A DNA stretch of 64,000 nucleotides. Source: Candidatus Terraquivivens tengchongensis (GTDB lineage: Archaea; Thermoproteota; Nitrososphaeria_A; Caldarchaeales; Wolframiiraptoraceae). The stretch is taken from positions 32,001-96,000 of the forward strand of contig JALNJZ010000001.1 in the NCBI GenBank assembly GCA_023261845.1, read 5' to 3'. A model generated the notes under the pieces. It saw only the letters and a program-made list of their open reading frames with translations, searched no databases and was not told the origin of the DNA. Shown here one piece after another: positions 58,443 to 64,000 of this stretch. Positions within the stretch are counted from its first letter, which is position 1. Each line of letters begins with the position of its first letter. Position numbers and translations under genes: made by a program.

Positions 58443-58802
58443 ATGAATCATAATTTGTATATGCGGCTCATATTCAAAAAGGCATACGGCTTTTGTAACC
58501 CAAGCACCCTACTGGATGATATTAAACGTGTTCTCACTAACTATGGCGCACATATAAAAAACATAGAAAAGAGTGGAAAACAGGCTTGGAACGTATCCGC
58601 AGAGAAAGAGGGCGTAAACATCCTTGCTAAGCTCTCTTACACAAGCTTACCGATAAAGGAGCAGCCTGCATTTCGCTCAAGCGGCCTTTCTGGATACATC
58701 TCAATATGTGAGGTTGAATTGTACAGTAGTGGGGATGAAAACTTCAACGAAGCATTTAGGAGAAGGTTCGAGCTCGGGTTGTTCAGGGCTGGAGGAATTT
58801 AA
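58443..58802 (+). CDS. Hypothetical protein
   Basis: 119-aa ORF; no recognised motif. Confidence 0.6.
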   Translation: MNHNLYMRLIFKKAYGFCNPSTLLDDIKRVLTNYGAHIKNIEKSGKQAWNVSAEKEGVNILAKLSYTSLPIKEQPAFRSSGLSGYISICEVELYSSGDENFNEAFRRRFELGLFRAGGI

Positions 58803-58994
58803 TTAACAGGTAGATACAATCCTAGTCAAGCTAAAAAGCTACAAATGGACTTGAAGTTTCACAAAAGCTTGAACTTAATCCGTAGGTTCTTCTTTTCTAA
58901 GTTGATAAAATGGCAGTAAGTTGAAAATACCTCATTACCTTCGGAATAACTCTCGCATCTTTTGTGATGGAAGTTTTGTGTAAAAATCATAAAG

Positions 58995-59041
58995 ACTATG
59001 GGTTTTCAGCCCTTTCCACTTCCTAGGGACGTTCTCCAGGC
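58995..59041 (-). repeat. 3' arm of the pre-16S processing stem (BHB)
   Basis: Complementary to 60589-60643; forms a CCAC/GUGG central helix with AAA bulges on both strands. Confidence 0.9.
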
Positions 59042-59060
59042 AGGGAAGCACATTAACGGT

Positions 59061-60585
<1,525 letters not shown>

Positions 60586-60588
60586 CAA

Positions 60589-60643
60589 GCCTGGAGAAGT
60601 ACGCCGCATCCCTAGGAATTTGTGGGGGCTGAAAACCCATAGT
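60589..60643 (-). repeat. 5' arm of the pre-16S processing stem (BHB)
   Basis: Sense ACTATGGGTTTTCAGCCC-CCAC-AAA-TTCCTAGGGA...TTCTCCAGGC pairs with the 3' trailer. Confidence 0.9.
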
Positions 60644-60793
60644 TAGACCCAAGCATCCTAACGCTTAGGTCCTCATCTTGTCCCACGGCTAGGAGGCCGC
60701 CCTTACATCTGATGGGCTTTCACGCCCCTATACGTTCGAGGGCGGTACCGCCGTCGAGCCGTGGAGTTTCGCACATTATTGTAATCATCGCCT

Positions 60794-60812
60794 GTTTATA
60801 TATATTTTGCAT
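60794..60812 (-). promoter_or_regulatory. Probable rRNA promoter (BRE/TATA)
   Basis: Minus strand reads GCAAAATATATATAAAC, about 210 nt upstream of the mature 16S 5' end. Confidence 0.6.
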
Positions 60813-60897
60813 AAATATGTTTAAAACGTTCCTAGAACTTAAATGTCAACTATAAGCCTTTTGCTTTTCATACACCTTCGACTGTTTTAGGTAAAAG

Positions 60898-60970
60898 GGC
60901 CGCGGCTGGGATTCGAACCCAGGCAGCCGGCTCCACAGGCCGGAAGGCTAACCGCTACCTCACCGCGGCC
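60898..60970 (-). tRNA. tRNA-His (GTG) with genome-encoded G-1
   Basis: G-GCCGCGG...CCGGC-CTGTGGA-GCCGG...GGTTCGAATCC...CCGCGGC-C; no intron. Confidence 0.95.
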
Positions 60971-61063
60971 AACCGCGGTCGCTTATTTATTAAAAAAGCT
61001 TCTCCTTAAGCCTTTCACCAGTCGTCTTTTGTATAAAAAATGTTAAGAAAATATTGCGGTCGA

Positions 61064-61354
61064 TTATCCGCTTTTGCGCAGCACACCCTTAGGGTCTTTG
61101 ATTATCAACACTATTTCCCAGACTATCAACGCAAATATTAGAAGGATGAAGCCGAGAACAGTAGCTTCAACGGACATCTCGAGGAATGCTCCACCCTCCA
61201 TGAGGTAGCCCATGACGTGGTCAATGAAGACCATTATAGTCGCGCCCCAGAATATTAGGCTCAACAGCTTTAACATATAGACGTCATTTTCAGCTTTGGA
61301 GTACCAGATCGCTGTCGAGAGGGTAGCCGCCATCGCCAACACTACGAGCCACAT
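61064..61354 (-). CDS. Small three-TM membrane protein
   Basis: Hydrophobic helices with an LIFWGA...IDH motif. Confidence 0.75.
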   Translation of the reverse strand: MWLVVLAMAATLSTAIWYSKAENDVYMLKLLSLIFWGATIMVFIDHVMGYLMEGGAFLEMSVEATVLGFILLIFALIVWEIVLIIKDPKGVLRKSG

Positions 61355-61425
61355 AAGCTTAAGCTTAATGTTACGTTTATATAGGTGTTACTATTCTTAA
61401 ATTTAGTATTACAGAGGGTGTAAAG

Positions 61426-61791
61426 ATGGCGTGCTTTCTAGTTCCGATGGTGCTGGCGATCATAACATCGCTCGTCCAAAAGACTGCACGAAACTTGGCT
61501 GGAAAAATTAAACTCTGGATCCTCAACGTATTGCTTTGGGGCGGAGTGATATTGCTGGCTGTCGAACACGTCTGGCATGGCGAGGTCGTTCCTTGGCCGC
61601 CGTTCCTGACGGCTATGGCAAACCCGGTTGAGATACCAGTAATGCTCCATGAAATGCTCACGGTAGGCATAACAATGTCCGTCGTGACTTTAACAGTGTG
61701 GGGAGCGATACTCGTAGCATCACATTACATGCAGAAGATAGCCGCACTAAGAACAGTTACTCATGTGGAAAAATCGCTTACTCCACGCTAA
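61426..61791 (+). CDS. Small three-TM membrane protein
   Basis: MACFLVP..., LLWGG..LLAVEHVWHGEVVPWPPFLTAM and HEM motifs; GAGGGTG SD. Confidence 0.8.
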   Translation: MACFLVPMVLAIITSLVQKTARNLAGKIKLWILNVLLWGGVILLAVEHVWHGEVVPWPPFLTAMANPVEIPVMLHEMLTVGITMSVVTLTVWGAILVASHYMQKIAALRTVTHVEKSLTPR

Positions 61792-61908
61792 ACTCCTTCT
61801 TTTTATTTAAGACTGGCATATAATGAAGTTATGAAAGTTCTTGGTTTTACATTTCCTTCGAGATGCACCAGGCCTCCATAGAAGTAGAGATTTTGTGTGA
61901 TATGATAG

Positions 61909-61983
61909 CGGGCCCGGTGGGATTCGAACCCACGACTTACGGCTTAGGAGGCCGCCGCCCTATCCATTCTAGGCCACGGGCCC
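61909..61983 (-). tRNA. tRNA-Arg (CCT)
   Basis: GGGCCCG...GCGGC-CTCCTAA-GCCGT...GGTTCGAATCC...CGGGCCC-G; no intron. Confidence 0.95.
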
Positions 61984-62035
61984 AAAATTTTTAAGATGAT
62001 GATGCGTATTTAAGCGTAAACCTAGGTTAAGAGCG

Positions 62036-62779
62036 ATGCTCGTCGATGTGCACTGCCACCTGACAGATGAGGCCATAAAGGCAAACCTAGCAAAAGTGGT
62101 AGAGGACGCTAAGAGGTCTGGAGTAGCTATAATTGTAACATCTGGGCTTGGGTATGAGGATTGTTTAAAAGCATTAGAGGTGTCCGATTACAAAACGATC
62201 TTTCCGTCATTAGGAATAATGCCGTACAAGCTTGATGGTTATGAGGGTGTAATCTCTTTGATAGAGAAGAGTGCTAAGAAGATCGTCGCCATAGGAGAGG
62301 TCGGTCTTGACTTTCATGTAAACGTCAGACCTGATAAAGAGTTGCAAAGAAAGGTCTTTAAAGAATTCATAGAGCTGTCCTTGAATCTAGACCTTCCGTT
62401 AATAGTACACTCCAGGAGTGCTGGAAAGTATGCGTTAGAAATGTTAGTAGAGTGTGGTGCGAAGAATGTGATAATGCACGCATTTGATGGTTCGGCGTCA
62501 CATTCGTTGATTGGATTCGAAAAGGGCTATTTCTTCAGCATACCGCCCTCCGTTGTTAGGAGTACTCAGAAACAAAAACTCGTGAACAAAGTGCCTTTAG
62601 AGAACATCTTGCTGGAATCTGACGCTCCTGCTCTGTCTCCTGTTCCTGGTACCGTGAACACTCCATCCAACGTAAGGATATCCGCAGAGGTGGTGAGTAG
62701 GATAAAAGGGATTTCATTGGAGAAGGTGGAAGAGATTACGATGGAGAACGCCATGAGAATACTTAAGATAAAGGTTTAG
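62036..62779 (+). CDS. tatD: TatD family nuclease
   Basis: DVHCHL, AIGEVGLD, VHSRSA, MHAF and LESDAP motifs. Confidence 0.93.
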   Translation: MLVDVHCHLTDEAIKANLAKVVEDAKRSGVAIIVTSGLGYEDCLKALEVSDYKTIFPSLGIMPYKLDGYEGVISLIEKSAKKIVAIGEVGLDFHVNVRPDKELQRKVFKEFIELSLNLDLPLIVHSRSAGKYALEMLVECGAKNVIMHAFDGSASHSLIGFEKGYFFSIPPSVVRSTQKQKLVNKVPLENILLESDAPALSPVPGTVNTPSNVRISAEVVSRIKGISLEKVEEITMENAMRILKIKV

Positions 62780-62784
62780 AAATT

Positions 62785-64000
62785 TTAAGGACCTATGTGG
62801 CCATGGGACGTTTGGCATATCACCGTCTTGAGTCCAACCCCCTTCAATGCCTTCCAAACATCCAGCATCTCCGTATAGCTAGGTCTTGGGATCGTGACGT
62901 TCCTAAACTCTGGCCTGTAGTCGAGGACACAGACTTGTACGTTATCGTCTATCTTCGCAACCTCCTCGCCGATCCTTATTATCTCCTCCATGCTAATGAG
63001 CACTCTGTTGTAAGGTATGCCGATGCCTATGAACAATCTTTCTTTGTAGTTGTCTACTAGGTACCTAAATGCATCCCAAGATGTTCTTAGGTACCTCTCG
63101 GCGAGTTCACGGTTCTCTATGCCTGTTATCCTCATGAAAGTTTCGACCTTCAGCCCCTTAAGGTCAGGTCCTATGTCAGTCATTCCTGCATCGACTAGCT
63201 CGTCTATGTAATCCCTCGTAAGTATCGTTGCGTTCGTGTCTATGTGTATCCTTGCATCGCTATCTTGGTTTAACTCCTTTAATGCTTTAACGTAATTTAG
63301 GAGCCATCTTCTATTGAGCGTGCTTTCGCCTCCCGATATTGCCATCCTGTTCACTCGGTATACCTTTCTCATGTAAGTTGTTATTCTCGCCGCCTCGAAA
63401 GGTGATAGAGCTCTATCCTTACCGCAGTAAGTCGTCGTCCAGTTTTGGCATTGCGGACACCTTAGGTTACATCCGCATGCAAAGCATGCAACCTCTATGT
63501 ATCTATCACCTTTTAACCACCAAGGCGTTCCTACGCCGCCAACGGGATGACCCATCCAACCGTGCACTATCCTTTTTGGAACATAGTCTTCCGGAAGCTC
63601 CGTTGATATTTCCATGCCCTCCTTAATACCCGTGACGCAGCTCGGCATGAGTTCGCCATTAACCAGCACTGCACAAGAATAGCAACCTCCGACAGAACAT
63701 GGAGCAAATATGCTATCCTTCTCTGGAAAGCTTGAGAACTTATACCCGATAAACTCCAAAGCTGCCTTTATGGTAATCCTTTCCGGCACCCAGAATCTTT
63801 CAGCATTTACTTTGATCTCGACATCCTTTGTTTTTGTCCTCTTGAGCATCCTAACAGCATTCCCTGGACATGCTAACTGGCATGCGCCGCAACCGAAGCA
63901 CAGATCTTCTGAGAATAGCTTTCCAGCAGGGCATGCCACTATCTCCTCGCACGTATTGCATCCTGAGCATCTATCCGGTATCCTCTTAGCAAACCTCAGC
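62785..64000 (-). CDS. Radical SAM protein with N-terminal 2x[4Fe-4S] and [2Fe-2S] domains; 5' end at or beyond the window edge
   Basis: The frame stays open to the edge (LRFAKRIPDRCSGCNTCEEIVACP), followed by CFGCGACQLACP, CSVGGCYSC...C and the radical SAM motif CNLRCPQCQN with SGGE and DTN. Confidence 0.88.
   Translation of the reverse strand, partial: LRFAKRIPDRCSGCNTCEEIVACPAGKLFSEDLCFGCGACQLACPGNAVRMLKRTKTKDVEIKVNAERFWVPERITIKAALEFIGYKFSSFPEKDSIFAPCSVGGCYSCAVLVNGELMPSCVTGIKEGMEISTELPEDYVPKRIVHGWMGHPVGGVGTPWWLKGDRYIEVACFACGCNLRCPQCQNWTTTYCGKDRALSPFEAARITTYMRKVYRVNRMAISGGESTLNRRWLLNYVKALKELNQDSDARIHIDTNATILTRDYIDELVDAGMTDIGPDLKGLKVETFMRITGIENRELAERYLRTSWDAFRYLVDNYKERLFIGIGIPYNRVLISMEEIIRIGEEVAKIDDNVQVCVLDYRPEFRNVTIPRPSYTEMLDVWKALKGVGLKTVICQTSHGHIGP

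Overview
A core-genome segment of a thermophilic, probably anaerobic TACK-group archaeon. Reverse gyrase, TiaS, aIF5A, Cdc6/RFC and a GC-rich stand-alone 16S gene support this; Caldarchaeales/'Aigarchaeota' is my inference from the unlinked intron-bearing 16S and the Tup+AOR tungsten module. Contents in order: an F420-biosynthesis neighbourhood (degenerate LarA-like gene, FbiB-C/FbiE-like nitroreductase, cofD, cofC, glycerate 2-kinase) split by an adh + reverse gyrase block; Lhr helicase and Nudix; a three-gene operon for a short (595 aa), apparently hinge-less Smc5/6-like ATPase with an Nse4-like kleisin and a KITE protein; housekeeping genes (amzA, AK6/Fap7, IDH/IPMDH, nob1, nadK, tiaS); nurA-herA-mre11-rad50, whose Rad50 has no CxxC zinc hook; liv and tup ABC transporters with a ModE-type regulator and operator; AOR; aIF5A; PadR + ABC exporter; dph6; cdc6; rfcL and rfcS separated by a peptide ABC operon carrying four reading-frame lesions; a stand-alone 16S rRNA with a 33-nt bulge-helix-bulge intron and a C1400U change; three tRNAs; tatD; and a multi-FeS radical SAM gene. 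I found no CRISPR array, transposase or integrase. All family assignments come from motif recognition by eye, not database searches.
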